Assembly (NCBI GenBank): GCA_963760795.1
Contig: CAVXEP010000004.1
Location: 32,001-96,000, forward strand
DNA: 64,000 nt
Origin: an uncultured delta proteobacterium
GTDB lineage: Bacteria; Desulfobacterota; Binatia; UBA9968
Direction: 5' to 3'
Shown: positions 1 to 9,842 of the stretch, piece after piece
Numbering within the stretch: position 1 is the first letter of the stretch
How the letters are laid out: each line of letters begins with the position of its first letter
Notes under the pieces: model-generated
The model's input: the letters and a program-made list of their open reading frames with translations, nothing else
Databases searched by the model: none
What the model was told of the DNA's origin: nothing
Program-made: the position numbers and the translations under genes

Positions 1-723
1 GTCGTCATCACCGGCGCCGGCGGAGCGTTCTCCGTGGGCGAAGACATCAGCGGCGACGACGGTGAAACCGCCTGGCCCTATGGCATCCCCGCCAACACAT
101 CGCTCAACGCGACCTACAATAAATTCCGCGACGCCGACCGCAAAGATATCCTGGGCCGCCAACTGCACCGCTGGCAGTATCCCAAGCCGATCGTCGGCGC
201 GGTCAGCGGCTGGTGCCTCGGCGCGGCCTCCTGGCTCGCCCTCACCTGCCATGTGACCATCGCCGCCGATGACGCCGTGTTCGGCCAGCCCCAGGTGCGC
301 CATGGCGCTAATACTGATTTTATTTGGATCGCGCTGGCCGGCTTCAAAAACGCCCTGCGCTACTCGCTCACCGGCGATCACGTCGATGCCCAGGAAGCGC
401 TGCGCATCGGCCTGGTCAATCAGGTCGTGGCCAAGGACGAGTTGCTCGATACCTGTTTCAAGTTCGTCGAGCGCGTCGCTCTGGTACCGCCCGAGACCGT
501 GAAAATCAACTTGCATATTTCGACCATGGGCCTGGAAATGATGGGTCTGCGCAAAGCCTGGACGTTGAATTCGGAATTGGCGGCGATGGCGCGCCTGACC
601 AAGCGCGAGGAGTTCAACAAGCGCTTGGATGACGCCAGGAAAAGCGGCGGCCTGGCGGCGTTCCTGGAAGCGCGCGACGGCCCGTTTCAACCCGAGCCGT
701 TCGGACCGAACGCGAAGAAATGA
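1..723 (+). CDS. Enoyl-CoA hydratase/isomerase (crotonase) family protein, 5' truncated by window
   Basis: Frame open from base 1 (VVITGAGGAFSVGEDIS), with KPIVGAVSGWCLG and ALRIGLVNQVV crotonase motifs. Confidence 0.9.
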   Translation, partial: VVITGAGGAFSVGEDISGDDGETAWPYGIPANTSLNATYNKFRDADRKDILGRQLHRWQYPKPIVGAVSGWCLGAASWLALTCHVTIAADDAVFGQPQVRHGANTDFIWIALAGFKNALRYSLTGDHVDAQEALRIGLVNQVVAKDELLDTCFKFVERVALVPPETVKINLHISTMGLEMMGLRKAWTLNSELAAMARLTKREEFNKRLDDARKSGGLAAFLEARDGPFQPEPFGPNAKK

Positions 724-840
724 AGAATTGGAGTGATGGAGTCACGAAAGATTGGAGTGATGGAGTAATGGAGTGGTGGAGTGATGGGCTCCGGACCAAC
801 CCAATACTCCATTACTCCACCGCTCCATTACTCCATTCTT
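723..840. repeat. TGGAGT(A/G)(A/G) 8-nt tandem array followed by its inverted arm
   Basis: ttggagtgatggagtaatggagtggtggagtgatgg ... ccaatactccattactccaccgctccattactcca between convergent genes. Confidence 0.85.
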
Positions 841-847
841 CTGCTCT

Positions 848-1891
848 TCACCGTTTCGTCAACGCCCGAGTCGCCTGCGTCCAGCGATCCTCGGCTTTCT
901 CGTACTCCGTGCTGGTCATGCCGCGTTCGGGATATTCGCGCTTGAATGCGTATTCTTTCCAGGCCACGCCGTAGCGAAACTGCTCCATCAGTTTTTGTCC
1001 TTCGGGACCGATGACGAAATCGGTAAACAGCAAGGCGGCATGGGGATGGGGCGCATTGGCAACGAGCGCCGATCCTCCGGCATTGGCGACCGCGACATCG
1101 AGCGGCACCCAATCCACCGGCGCGCCGCGCTCCTTCTTGACCGCCACTTGATTCTGAAACACCACCGGACCGCCACCCACTTCTCCGGCGGCGATGAGAT
1201 CGAGAAAGCCGGCGCTCGACGCTTTGAACAAGCGCACCTCCTGCGCGCGCAGGCGCTTGATGTATTCCTCGCCTTTGTATTTGACCATGGTGCCAATCAC
1301 GCGGCTGGTGGAGCTCTCGGTGGTGACGGCGATTTTCCCCTTCAGTTCCGGCCTTAAGAGATCTTGATAGTTTTTAGGAACTTCGCTTGGCGCGATCAGA
1401 CGGGTGTTATAACCGAAGCCCATGTACGCTTCACGGTCGGTCACCCAGAAAACCCGCCCACCGTCGGCTTTGCCTTTCGCTTCATCGGGAAACTTCGCCA
1501 GTTCCGGCGAGACATAGGCCTTGAGCAAGCCGCGATCGCGCAAGGCCATCAGCAGCCCCGGCGTGCTTTCCAGGGCATCGGCCACCGGGCGGCCGGCCTG
1601 CGCTTCGTTGATAATTCTTGGCGTCAGGTCATTGCTGCCGCCGCGAAACACATCCACCGCGATGTCCGGATATTTTCTTTTGAACGCGTCGACCATGTCT
1701 CGGTAGACACCGGAGAGCGAAGTGTACCAGACGACCTTGCCTTCGGCCTTGGCGCCGTCGAGGAGAATTTGCTGGCGGTCCGAACCCGTGTAAACCGCCA
1801 GCTCGTCCAACGTCCGCGGCTTTTTCGTCTGTCCATAACCTGACGAGACTGCCAAAACGGCTATTGTGAATCCGATGGCCAATATTTTCAT
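848..1891 (-). CDS. ABC substrate-binding protein (Fe3+/thiamine/polyamine-type)
   Basis: Signal peptide MKILAIG..., AKAEGKVVWYTS, KGAPVDW-like and APHPHAALLF motifs; GAGGAG RBS before ATG at 1891. Confidence 0.88.
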   Translation of the reverse strand: MKILAIGFTIAVLAVSSGYGQTKKPRTLDELAVYTGSDRQQILLDGAKAEGKVVWYTSLSGVYRDMVDAFKRKYPDIAVDVFRGGSNDLTPRIINEAQAGRPVADALESTPGLLMALRDRGLLKAYVSPELAKFPDEAKGKADGGRVFWVTDREAYMGFGYNTRLIAPSEVPKNYQDLLRPELKGKIAVTTESSTSRVIGTMVKYKGEEYIKRLRAQEVRLFKASSAGFLDLIAAGEVGGGPVVFQNQVAVKKERGAPVDWVPLDVAVANAGGSALVANAPHPHAALLFTDFVIGPEGQKLMEQFRYGVAWKEYAFKREYPERGMTSTEYEKAEDRWTQATRALTKR

Positions 1892-2253
1892 ATGGTTGCT
1901 CCTCTGCTCCAAGGAGAACAGACAAACCGTTCACCTTCGTTTTCCCTGCTTCGCAGTTACCACGTTGGCGACAATACTGGCAAGCGCCACGGACAATTCA
2001 GCTTGAGACTTGCATTGACAGCCACGCGCCAATCGGACTATACGGCAAGTAACATTTCGGCAGCAGCAACCAAGAAATCGTACCTTGAAGCGGATGCTTT
2101 CATCACGAAGGATAAGTCGGTTCGATTGCCGGGAGCGTAAGATAGTTCGCTCCTAGCTCGATTATCCGCAACCATCGACTGTGGTAGATCTTCGAGGTGA
2201 ACACAAACAAGCTGAACCTGGCAGATAACTCAACCTGAATAGGAGATCCCACC

Positions 2254-3909
2254 ATGCTTGGCGGCCATGCGGTAGCTCAATGTCTGCGCAACGAAGGCGT
2301 TAAACATATTTTCAGCGTGCCCGGCGAAAGTTACATCGCCGTCGTCGACGGACTGGTGAATTACCCCGAGATCAAACTGATCACCAACCGCCAGGAAGGC
2401 TGTGCGGCGTTTATGGCCGAAGGCTATGCCAAGGCCACGCGCACGCCCGGCGTCTGCATTGTCACCCGCGGTCCAGGCGCGACCAACGCGAGCATCGCCG
2501 TCCATAGCGCGAAATACGATTCGGCGCCGCTGGTGCTGTTGGTCGGCCAGGTCAGCCGCGCCGCGCGCGGACGCGAAGCCGGCCAAGAGATCGACTACGG
2601 ACGATTTTTCGGCAGCATCGCCAAGTGGGTCATCGAGATCAACGATCCCAAGCAGATCCCGCGCATCATGAGCCGGGCATTTCATATCGCGCGCACCGGC
2701 CGGCCCGGCCCGGTGGTGGTGGCGTTGCCGCGCGATGTAACGGAAACCGACACCGACATCGCCATGACCGAGCCGCTGCCGGCGATCAAGCCCAACGCCG
2801 ATCCGGCGGCCGTCGAAACTTTGATCGGGCGCATCAATGCGGCGCGTAAACCGGTGCTCCTGATCGGTTCGGGAACCCAGTATTCGCATGCGTGGCAAGA
2901 AGTCATCGACTTCGCCGAAAAGTTTCAGCTCCCCGTGCTGACATCCTACAAACGGCAGGACGCCTTCCCCAACAATCATCCGAACTACGCCGGCAATATG
3001 CTGACGTCGAACAAGTACGCGCAAAACCTCGCCTATGAAGAAAGCGATCTCTTGATCGTCCTCGGCAGCCGGCTCAGCCAGCAGAACACCGCCGGCTTTA
3101 CGTTTCCGCGGCCGGGCCGGCCGTTTGTTCACATCGACGCGGACGAAGAAAACATTGGCCAGAACTCACGCCCGGAGGTGGGCATCGTCGCCGATGCCAA
3201 ACAGCTGCTGCTCGCGGCATTGAAACATCCCGCGCCGCGCCCCAACGAGAGCCGCGCGTCGTGGATCGCCGAGCAGCACGCGGCGCAAAAGCAGTTCTGC
3301 ACGCCTAACGAGCGGCCGACAGCAAAAGTTTCCATGGAGCGGGTAATGATCGATTTAAAAGCCGCCATGCCCGCCGACGCGATCACCACCACCGATGCCG
3401 GCAGCTTCGGCCAATGGCAGCAGCGCTACCTCGAGTTCGATCATCCCGACTCCTACATCTCGCCCACCCTCGGCTGCATGGGACCGGGCGTGCCTTCAGC
3501 GGTGGCGGCCAAGCTGGCGCACCCTCAGCGCACGGTCATCGCCCATATCGGCGATGGCGGTTTTCTCATGACCGGCCAAGAGATGGCGACCGCCAAGCAA
3601 TATAACGCGCCGATCATCGCCATCGTCTACAACAACCAAGGTTACAACTCGATCCGCATGCACCAGGAAGCACAGTACCCCGGCCGCCAACATGGCGTCG
3701 CCCTGGAGAATCCCGACTTCGCCCTCATGGGCGAATCCTACGGCGCACTCGGATTGAAGGTGACGCGCGATGAAGAATTTTTGCCGGCATTCAAGAAAGC
3801 GCTGGCAGCCAATCGCTCGGCGCTAATCGAAGTGCAGACCGATTACGAATACGTGACGCCAAGTGCACGTTTGTCCGAGTTGGCTGGAAAGAAATTGGCG
3901 GGTGACTGA
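2254..3909 (+). CDS. Thiamine pyrophosphate-dependent enzyme (acetolactate synthase-like)
   Basis: FSVPGES, RQEG, TRGPGATN and GDGGF...NN TPP-binding motif; AGGAG RBS. Confidence 0.92.
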   Translation: MLGGHAVAQCLRNEGVKHIFSVPGESYIAVVDGLVNYPEIKLITNRQEGCAAFMAEGYAKATRTPGVCIVTRGPGATNASIAVHSAKYDSAPLVLLVGQVSRAARGREAGQEIDYGRFFGSIAKWVIEINDPKQIPRIMSRAFHIARTGRPGPVVVALPRDVTETDTDIAMTEPLPAIKPNADPAAVETLIGRINAARKPVLLIGSGTQYSHAWQEVIDFAEKFQLPVLTSYKRQDAFPNNHPNYAGNMLTSNKYAQNLAYEESDLLIVLGSRLSQQNTAGFTFPRPGRPFVHIDADEENIGQNSRPEVGIVADAKQLLLAALKHPAPRPNESRASWIAEQHAAQKQFCTPNERPTAKVSMERVMIDLKAAMPADAITTTDAGSFGQWQQRYLEFDHPDSYISPTLGCMGPGVPSAVAAKLAHPQRTVIAHIGDGGFLMTGQEMATAKQYNAPIIAIVYNNQGYNSIRMHQEAQYPGRQHGVALENPDFALMGESYGALGLKVTRDEEFLPAFKKALAANRSALIEVQTDYEYVTPSARLSELAGKKLAGD

Positions 3910-3917
3910 CAGAGGTC

Positions 3918-4038
3918 GTGAAGGGTGAGGCGTAAGGGGTGAGGCGTCAACATCCCCTCCCCCTCGCCATCCTCTTCAAACAAAAGAGAACTCTTGTGCC
4001 AACAACTTGTCTGTCATTCCGAACCTAGTGAGGGATCT
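3918..4038. repeat. GTGAGGC/GTAAGGG heptamer run plus a half TGTCAT-type REP
   Basis: gtgaagggtgaggcgtaaggggtgaggcg, and tgtcattccgaacctagtgagggatct similar to 22221 and 57195. Confidence 0.6.
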
Positions 4039-4070
4039 CGCCCCTCAGTTGACTAAGAAAGCTACACTCC

Positions 4071-5072
4071 ATGCGATTCGCTTTTCGAGCGACGATTGTA
4101 ATTTTGCTTTGCCTTTGGGGTCGCCAGGCGGTGCACGCCCAGGACGACCTTGTCGCCAAGGCACAAAGCGAGCGCGAGTTGGTCGTCTACGGCACCGCGC
4201 TGGCCGGCCAGTTCGACAAATTCATCGAGCCCTTCAGACGGCGCTATCCGTTCATCAAGGCGCAATATTCCCGCACCACGGGCGAAGCGTTAACGACAAA
4301 AATCTTGCAAGAAGTTTCCGCCCGCCAGTTGAGCGCCGACGCGATCCTGATCAACAACTATACCCAGCGCATCTTCATGAAGAGAAACATCATCACCGCG
4401 TACCTGCCGCCCACCGCCAAGAATTTCCCGGCGGGCTTCGCCGACCAACAGGGCTACTGGTATGGTTTTTACCTGGTGCCCTATGCGATCACTTACAATA
4501 CCTCCCTGGTTTCCAAAGCCAACGCGCCGAAATCTTTCGATGATTTATTACTATCAAGATGGAAAGGGCAGATATCCCTCGAGCGCGAAGAGTATCTGGT
4601 GACCCAAGCGCATACCCAGTTCCTCGGCCAGCAGAAAGCCATCGACTATTTCAAGAAGCTGGCGCGCCAGGATCTGATCATGGTCAACGGCCACAGCAAA
4701 CAGGCGGTGCTGCTCACCGCCGGCGAATTTCCCATCATCGTCTACAGCGACATCGCCAGAACCGAGGAGTTGAAGCGCAAAGGCGCGCCGGTGGAATGGG
4801 TGCGCGCCGAGCCCCATGTCACGGTGTTAGTCACCGCGTCGATCACCCGCGAAGCGAAGCACCCGGCCGCGGCGCGGCTGTTCATGAATTATCTGGCTAG
4901 CGATGAAGGACAGAAAGCCGTGCTCGCCATGGACAAACCGCCGGCGCTGCCGAAGTTTCAGCCGGAATATCTGCGCGGGGTCAATTTATTTCCAGCGGAC
5001 TGGACGTTGTCGGATACCTTTGAGGAATACAACAAAACCTATCGGGAGATTTTTTGGGGCGGTAAGCATTAG
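4071..5072 (+). CDS. ABC substrate-binding protein (Fe3+-type)
   Basis: Signal peptide; YNTSLV..APKSFDDLL, KGAPVEW, AKHPAAARLF. Confidence 0.88.
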   Translation: MRFAFRATIVILLCLWGRQAVHAQDDLVAKAQSERELVVYGTALAGQFDKFIEPFRRRYPFIKAQYSRTTGEALTTKILQEVSARQLSADAILINNYTQRIFMKRNIITAYLPPTAKNFPAGFADQQGYWYGFYLVPYAITYNTSLVSKANAPKSFDDLLLSRWKGQISLEREEYLVTQAHTQFLGQQKAIDYFKKLARQDLIMVNGHSKQAVLLTAGEFPIIVYSDIARTEELKRKGAPVEWVRAEPHVTVLVTASITREAKHPAAARLFMNYLASDEGQKAVLAMDKPPALPKFQPEYLRGVNLFPADWTLSDTFEEYNKTYREIFWGGKH

Positions 5073-5076
5073 ACCG

Positions 5077-5159
5077 TTCACCACGAAGGCACGAAGGACA
5101 CGAAGGTTTCGGAGGTATATTATTCCGAACTTCGTGATCTTCGTGTCCTTCGTGGTGAA
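5077..5159. repeat. CACGAAG-family palindrome (uninterrupted copy)
   Basis: ttcaccacgaaggcacgaaggacacgaag ... cttcgtgatcttcgtgtccttcgtggtgaa. Confidence 0.9.
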
Positions 5160-5204
5160 TCTAGCTTCGTACACTTGGCTTCCAGCGAAAAGGAGACTAA
5201 AACC

Positions 5205-6251
5205 ATGCAAGTTCTATACTTCATCCTCTTGGCTCTGTTACTTCTTCCATCCAGCGCCTGGGCGCAGGCGCGCAAGCCGTCGACCATCGCGGAACTGGTG
5301 ACCTACCGCGGCGCCGACCGCGAACAACTGCTTTACGCCGGCGCCAAGGCCGAAGGCAAAATCGTCTGGTACACTTCCCTCGCCGGCGATTCATACAAGG
5401 AATTGGTCAAGGCCTTTGAAACCAAATATGCCGGCGTCAAAGTCGATTCCTACCGCGCTCAGGGCGCGGACTTGGTGGTGCGCTTGGAAGAGGAAGGCAA
5501 AGCGCGGCGCAACATCGCCGACACCATCGAGACCACCGAGGGCAGCCTGATCTTCTTGCGCGACGGCAAACTGCTCCGCCCCTACGACTCGCCGCAGCTC
5601 GACCGCTATCCGGAAGACGGCAAGGAACGCGCCGATAAGAATCTCGTCTATTGGGCGCTCGCGCGCGAATCGTACATCGGCTTCACCTACAACAAGACGC
5701 TCGTGACAAAGGACGCGGTGCCAAAAAATTTCGACGGGCTGTTCCACCCGCAGCTCAAGGGCAAGTTGGGCATCAGCATCGGCCAGACCAGCGACAAGGT
5801 CATCGGCGCCATGATCAAAACCAAAGGCGAGGAGTTTGTCCGCAAACTCAAAGCCCAGGAGATGAAACTCTACTCCATCGACGCCCCCGCCCTGGTCAAT
5901 ACCATTACCACCGGCGAAATCGCCGGATCGCCGGCGATCTTTCAAACTCATACGCTGAGCGCCGCGTCGAAAGGCGCGCCGGTGGAATGGGTGCCCATGG
6001 ATCTGGTCCCGACCAACGTCGGCAGCGCCGCCATCGCCTTCAATCCGCCCCATCCGCACGGGGCGTTACTGATGGCTGACTTTCTTTTGAGCCCGGACGG
6101 TCAAGGCGTCTTGGAAAAACACTTTTACGGTAGCGGCGCCAAAGATCACGGTTTCAAGAAATGGCGTCCCGAGCATGGCCTGACGACGGATCAGTATGAA
6201 AAGGAGCTGCTCCGCTGGGACAAGCTGCTGCATTCGATTACGCGGAAATAA
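5205..6251 (+). CDS. ABC substrate-binding protein, paralog of 848..1891
   Basis: AGGAG RBS, signal peptide, ELVTYRGADREQLLYAGAKAEGKIVWYTSL. Confidence 0.88.
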   Translation: MQVLYFILLALLLLPSSAWAQARKPSTIAELVTYRGADREQLLYAGAKAEGKIVWYTSLAGDSYKELVKAFETKYAGVKVDSYRAQGADLVVRLEEEGKARRNIADTIETTEGSLIFLRDGKLLRPYDSPQLDRYPEDGKERADKNLVYWALARESYIGFTYNKTLVTKDAVPKNFDGLFHPQLKGKLGISIGQTSDKVIGAMIKTKGEEFVRKLKAQEMKLYSIDAPALVNTITTGEIAGSPAIFQTHTLSAASKGAPVEWVPMDLVPTNVGSAAIAFNPPHPHGALLMADFLLSPDGQGVLEKHFYGSGAKDHGFKKWRPEHGLTTDQYEKELLRWDKLLHSITRK

Positions 6252-6259
6252 AGAAACTG

Positions 6260-6558
6260 TTCACCACGAAGGAAACGAAGATCACGAAGCTCGGATTGTT
6301 AATTTTCCCAACCCTTCGTGTCCTTCGTGGCTCCTTCGAAAATACAGGTGAGCGGATGATATCCACAACGAAGAGCCTCCGGAGTTTCCGTCATACCCGC
6401 GAAGGCGGGTATCCAGGCTACATTCGGCGCAGGATACAATACCTGGATTCCCGCGTGCGCGGGAATGACGAATCGAGGAGGGAAGCATGTTCCGGGAATG
6501 CGAACCATTTTCATGCTCTGTAGGCGAGCGCAAGCTTATGGACACTTCGTGGTGAGAT
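6260..6558. repeat. CACGAAG palindrome interrupted by a mini-element
   Basis: Left arm 6260-6289; right arm split into 6314-6330 and 6545-6555. Confidence 0.85.
6331..6546. mobile_element. Putative non-autonomous CT-core (IS110-like) mini-element, copy 1, with nested CGTC-type REP (6389-6470)
   Basis: CT-ccttcgaaaatacagg...ttttcat...atggaca-CT; first ~57 nt differ by one base from copy at 54307; same insertion point in host repeat. Confidence 0.65.
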
Positions 6559-6586
6559 CTGAAATATTCAATTCTTAGGAGGTACA

Positions 6587-7672
6587 ATGAACAACCTGCG
6601 CATCATCGACGCCGACGGCCATGTCCAGGAACGCGATGCCAACTGGCAGGAGCTACTCGATCCGCCTTATCGCAAACATGCGCCGAGCATGGTGCAGTGC
6701 GCCGATGGCCGGACGCATTTATTGCTCGAAGGTAAGATCTGGGCCAAGCCGAGCGGCAAGGGCTGCGGCATCGGCACCGCGCCGATCACGCGCAAACCGC
6801 GCACAACCACCGGCATGTGGGATCCGCTGCAGCGCCTTAAAGACATGGACATGGAAGGCATCGACACTGCGGTCAACTTCGGCACGACGGTGTTTTTAAG
6901 TCTGCCGTTTCTCGAAGATCATGACTTCGCCTGCGCCATCGCCCATGGCTATAACACCTGGCTTGCTGAGTATTCCAAGACCAATCCGAAGCGCTTGAAG
7001 GGCGTTGCGCTGGTGGCCCAGCAGGAGCCGCTGGAGGCCGCCAAGGAACTCGAACGGTGCGTTAAGCAACTGGGCTTTGTCGCCGTCGCCGTTGCCGGCC
7101 ACTCCGCCGGCCGCAACCTCGATCATCCCGACCTCTATCCGTTCTACGCCAAAGCCGAGGAGCTCGGTGTGCCGGTCTGCGTTCATGTCGGTTCGGGCCG
7201 GCCGGCGGCGGCTGCCGAGCGCTTTGACAATCCCTATTTCGTGCATGCGACCACCCACGCCTTCGAGCAAATGATCGGCGTCATGTGCATCGTCGGCGGC
7301 GGCATTCTCGAACGCTATCCAAAGCTCAAAGTCGCGTTCCTCGAAGCCGGCGCCGGCTGGGTGCCCTACTGGATGGAGCGCTTGGACGAGCATTATGAAT
7401 ATATGTCGCCGGCGGTGCCGCTGATGAAAAAACCGCCCAGCGAATACATGAAGAGCGAGCAGGTTTATTATTCCTTCGAGCCGGACGAACAGACTTTGAA
7501 TTTCGTCATGGACTACATCGGCGACGACCGCCTGGTGTTCGCCTCGGACTACAATCACGGCGACAGCAAGTTTCCCCACACAGTGGCATCCGTGACCGGG
7601 CGGAAAAATATAACCGAGAGCCAGCTGAAAAAATTGATGTGCGACAATGCGGCGCGATTGTATAACATCTAA
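6587..7672 (+). CDS. Amidohydrolase family protein (Amidohydro_2)
   Basis: IIDADGH, CVH, FLEAGAGW, FASDYNH motifs. Confidence 0.9.
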   Translation: MNNLRIIDADGHVQERDANWQELLDPPYRKHAPSMVQCADGRTHLLLEGKIWAKPSGKGCGIGTAPITRKPRTTTGMWDPLQRLKDMDMEGIDTAVNFGTTVFLSLPFLEDHDFACAIAHGYNTWLAEYSKTNPKRLKGVALVAQQEPLEAAKELERCVKQLGFVAVAVAGHSAGRNLDHPDLYPFYAKAEELGVPVCVHVGSGRPAAAAERFDNPYFVHATTHAFEQMIGVMCIVGGGILERYPKLKVAFLEAGAGWVPYWMERLDEHYEYMSPAVPLMKKPPSEYMKSEQVYYSFEPDEQTLNFVMDYIGDDRLVFASDYNHGDSKFPHTVASVTGRKNITESQLKKLMCDNAARLYNI

Positions 7673-7718
7673 GAAACCTAAGCAGTAAAGGTGAGGCGTA
7701 AGGCGCGGGAGTCTATCT

Positions 7719-8726
7719 ATGAAGCGCACACAGATTGGCAAAGTTTTGTGCTTGACCTTCGGCATCTTGCTCCTTGTGGTTTGCAACGCCGGTGCCCAGG
7801 ACAAACCGCTGAAAAAATTTCGCTGGGGCGTCACCTCGCTGTCGGCATCCCAATGGATTCCGTGGATCGCTAAAGACGTCAAGCTTTATGAAAAGCATGG
7901 CATGGAAGCCGAGCTGGTGCTGCTGCGCGGCTCGGGACAATCGGCGCAGGCGATTATCGGCAATAGCATTCTCGGCGCCCCATGCACATTGACGACGGTG
8001 ATGAGCGCCGACTTGAGCGGCGCCGACCTGGTCACGGTGGCGCACACGGTGGCAGGCGTGCAAAGCAAACTGCTTGTCAGGCCGGAGATCAAGAAGCCGG
8101 AGGATCTGCGCGGCAAGCGCATTGCGGTTTCGGGTTTCGGTTCCTTGGGAGATTTTCTCGAGCGCTATATCTTAAAAAAATACGGCATCGATCCCGTCCG
8201 CGACGTCGTCATGCTTTCCATCGGCAACCAACCGGACCGGATTCAAGCTTTATTCACCGGGCTCGTCGATGCCGCCGACCTGTCTCATCCCGCCGATATC
8301 CAAGCCGAGCGCAAAGGATATCGCATTCTCTGGGACGCCAAACAGGAAGTTGCCTACCCTTCCATGTCGATCGTCACCAGGCGTAAGTGGGTTAACGAAG
8401 ACCGAGATTCCGTCATGCGCATGGTCAAAGCCCATGTCGAAGCGATTCACTATCTCAAGACCAACAAAGAGCCGAGCATGAAGATCCTCGGTAAGTATCT
8501 CAAAACCAACGACCGCGAACTGCTCGAAAGTTCCTACGAGATCTATCGCAAGGACTTCATCTCGGTGCCGTACCCGATCACCCAAGGCTTACAGCCGACC
8601 TATGAGTACGTCGCAGCGCAGCGTCCGGAGATTTGGCAGCACAAACCGGAAGCGTTCATGGACACGAGCTTCATCGCCGAGCTGGAAAAGAGCGGCTTTA
8701 TAAAAGGTCTATCGAGCCCGCGCTGA
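7719..8726 (+). CDS. ABC substrate-binding protein (NMT1/SsuA-like)
   Basis: Signal peptide; YEKHGMEAEL, DLRGKRIAVS. Confidence 0.88.
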   Translation: MKRTQIGKVLCLTFGILLLVVCNAGAQDKPLKKFRWGVTSLSASQWIPWIAKDVKLYEKHGMEAELVLLRGSGQSAQAIIGNSILGAPCTLTTVMSADLSGADLVTVAHTVAGVQSKLLVRPEIKKPEDLRGKRIAVSGFGSLGDFLERYILKKYGIDPVRDVVMLSIGNQPDRIQALFTGLVDAADLSHPADIQAERKGYRILWDAKQEVAYPSMSIVTRRKWVNEDRDSVMRMVKAHVEAIHYLKTNKEPSMKILGKYLKTNDRELLESSYEIYRKDFISVPYPITQGLQPTYEYVAAQRPEIWQHKPEAFMDTSFIAELEKSGFIKGLSSPR

Positions 8727-8830
8727 GCGGCGTCGCGCCTGGGTACTGCGAAGATAACCTGAACCGCTCCAATAGCCCCGGCGTCGCTCGCCGCAGCCGG
8801 CGGTGACGCTCCTGCGCATCGCTGTCAAAC

Positions 8831-9808
8831 TCACTGCCCGAGTGCTTTGCGAGCCTCATCGAGATAACCGGTCGCCATGATGTCCTCAACCTTGGGTAAC
8901 GGCTTTTTCAATACGCCGTCCTCGGCCATCAGGTTCAAAATAGTCTGCACGCCTTTGACGCTGACTTCGCCGTTACGCGGCCAAATCTGCGTCTTGGTAT
9001 AGACTTCCCACGAGGCTGGAATGTATTTGCGCTCCAATTTCGTGATCGGCCCAAGCAGCTTAATCGCTTCGTCGCGGTTGTCGTGCAGCCATTGATAGGT
9101 GGACAAGAGCGCTTTCAAGTAGCGCAGCACCAAGCTGCGGTTCTTTTGCGCCCAGCCTTCGCGCACACCGATCGCCGACAGCTGATACTCGGGCAACACT
9201 TTGTAGGCATCGATGAGATTGCTCAAGCCCTGCTCGATGGCGATCAAGCTCAACGGCTGCGCCAACAACGCGGCATCGATCTGACCCGCCTGCAGCGCTT
9301 GATAGAGGCCGGCGGAGCCGTTGCCAATGGAGATCAAACTGTAGTCGCGCGGATAAATCACGCCGCGCTCCTTGAGCAACTGCTTCATCATCATAGTGCC
9401 GGCCGAGGTAAAGCCGGACATGCCGAGGCGCGCGCCGCCTTTCAAGTCTTCCGTGCGCTTGTGCTTGGCCAGAGCGATCAACGAATACGTCGTGCCGTTG
9501 AACGAACCGGCGATCATCTTGATTTCGCTGAAGCCTTGTTGACGCATGGTGAGCAGCAGATTGGGCGGCACATTGCCGAATTGGATTGAGTCCGACACCA
9601 GCGCTTGAACGATGTTTTCATTGCGGCTGATGACGATGATCTCGGGATAGAGCCCCTCGCGCTTGAAGAAGCCCTTCTCCTTGGCGACATACACCGGGGC
9701 GTAACCGAAAACGGTGCTAATGATGCCGATGCGGATGGTGTCATCCGCGCGCCCCACACCGGCGTGCAACAGCAACGACAACATCAGCAGCCATGAGATC
9801 TGCTTCAT
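8831..9808 (-). CDS. ABC substrate-binding protein (NMT1/SsuA-like)
   Basis: Signal peptide MKQISW...; VAKEKGFFKREGL, ALQAGQIDAA. Confidence 0.88.
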   Translation of the reverse strand: MKQISWLLMLSLLLHAGVGRADDTIRIGIISTVFGYAPVYVAKEKGFFKREGLYPEIIVISRNENIVQALVSDSIQFGNVPPNLLLTMRQQGFSEIKMIAGSFNGTTYSLIALAKHKRTEDLKGGARLGMSGFTSAGTMMMKQLLKERGVIYPRDYSLISIGNGSAGLYQALQAGQIDAALLAQPLSLIAIEQGLSNLIDAYKVLPEYQLSAIGVREGWAQKNRSLVLRYLKALLSTYQWLHDNRDEAIKLLGPITKLERKYIPASWEVYTKTQIWPRNGEVSVKGVQTILNLMAEDGVLKKPLPKVEDIMATGYLDEARKALGQ

Positions 9809-9842
9809 GAAACCCCCAAAGTCTGGAGAAGAGTTAGATCCG

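Noticed and set aside
2041-2253. TPP riboswitch upstream of the TPP enzyme
   Set aside because: Core CUGAGA and the conserved P4/P5 pattern not found in proper order
6331-6546. Group II intron or classical MITE
   Set aside because: Too short, no GUGYG start or domain V, no terminal inverted repeats or longer target duplication
6282-6587. Small ORFs over the mini-element (also 54238..54495 and 54332..54565)
   Set aside because: Translations of repeat DNA; indels between the two copies break the frames
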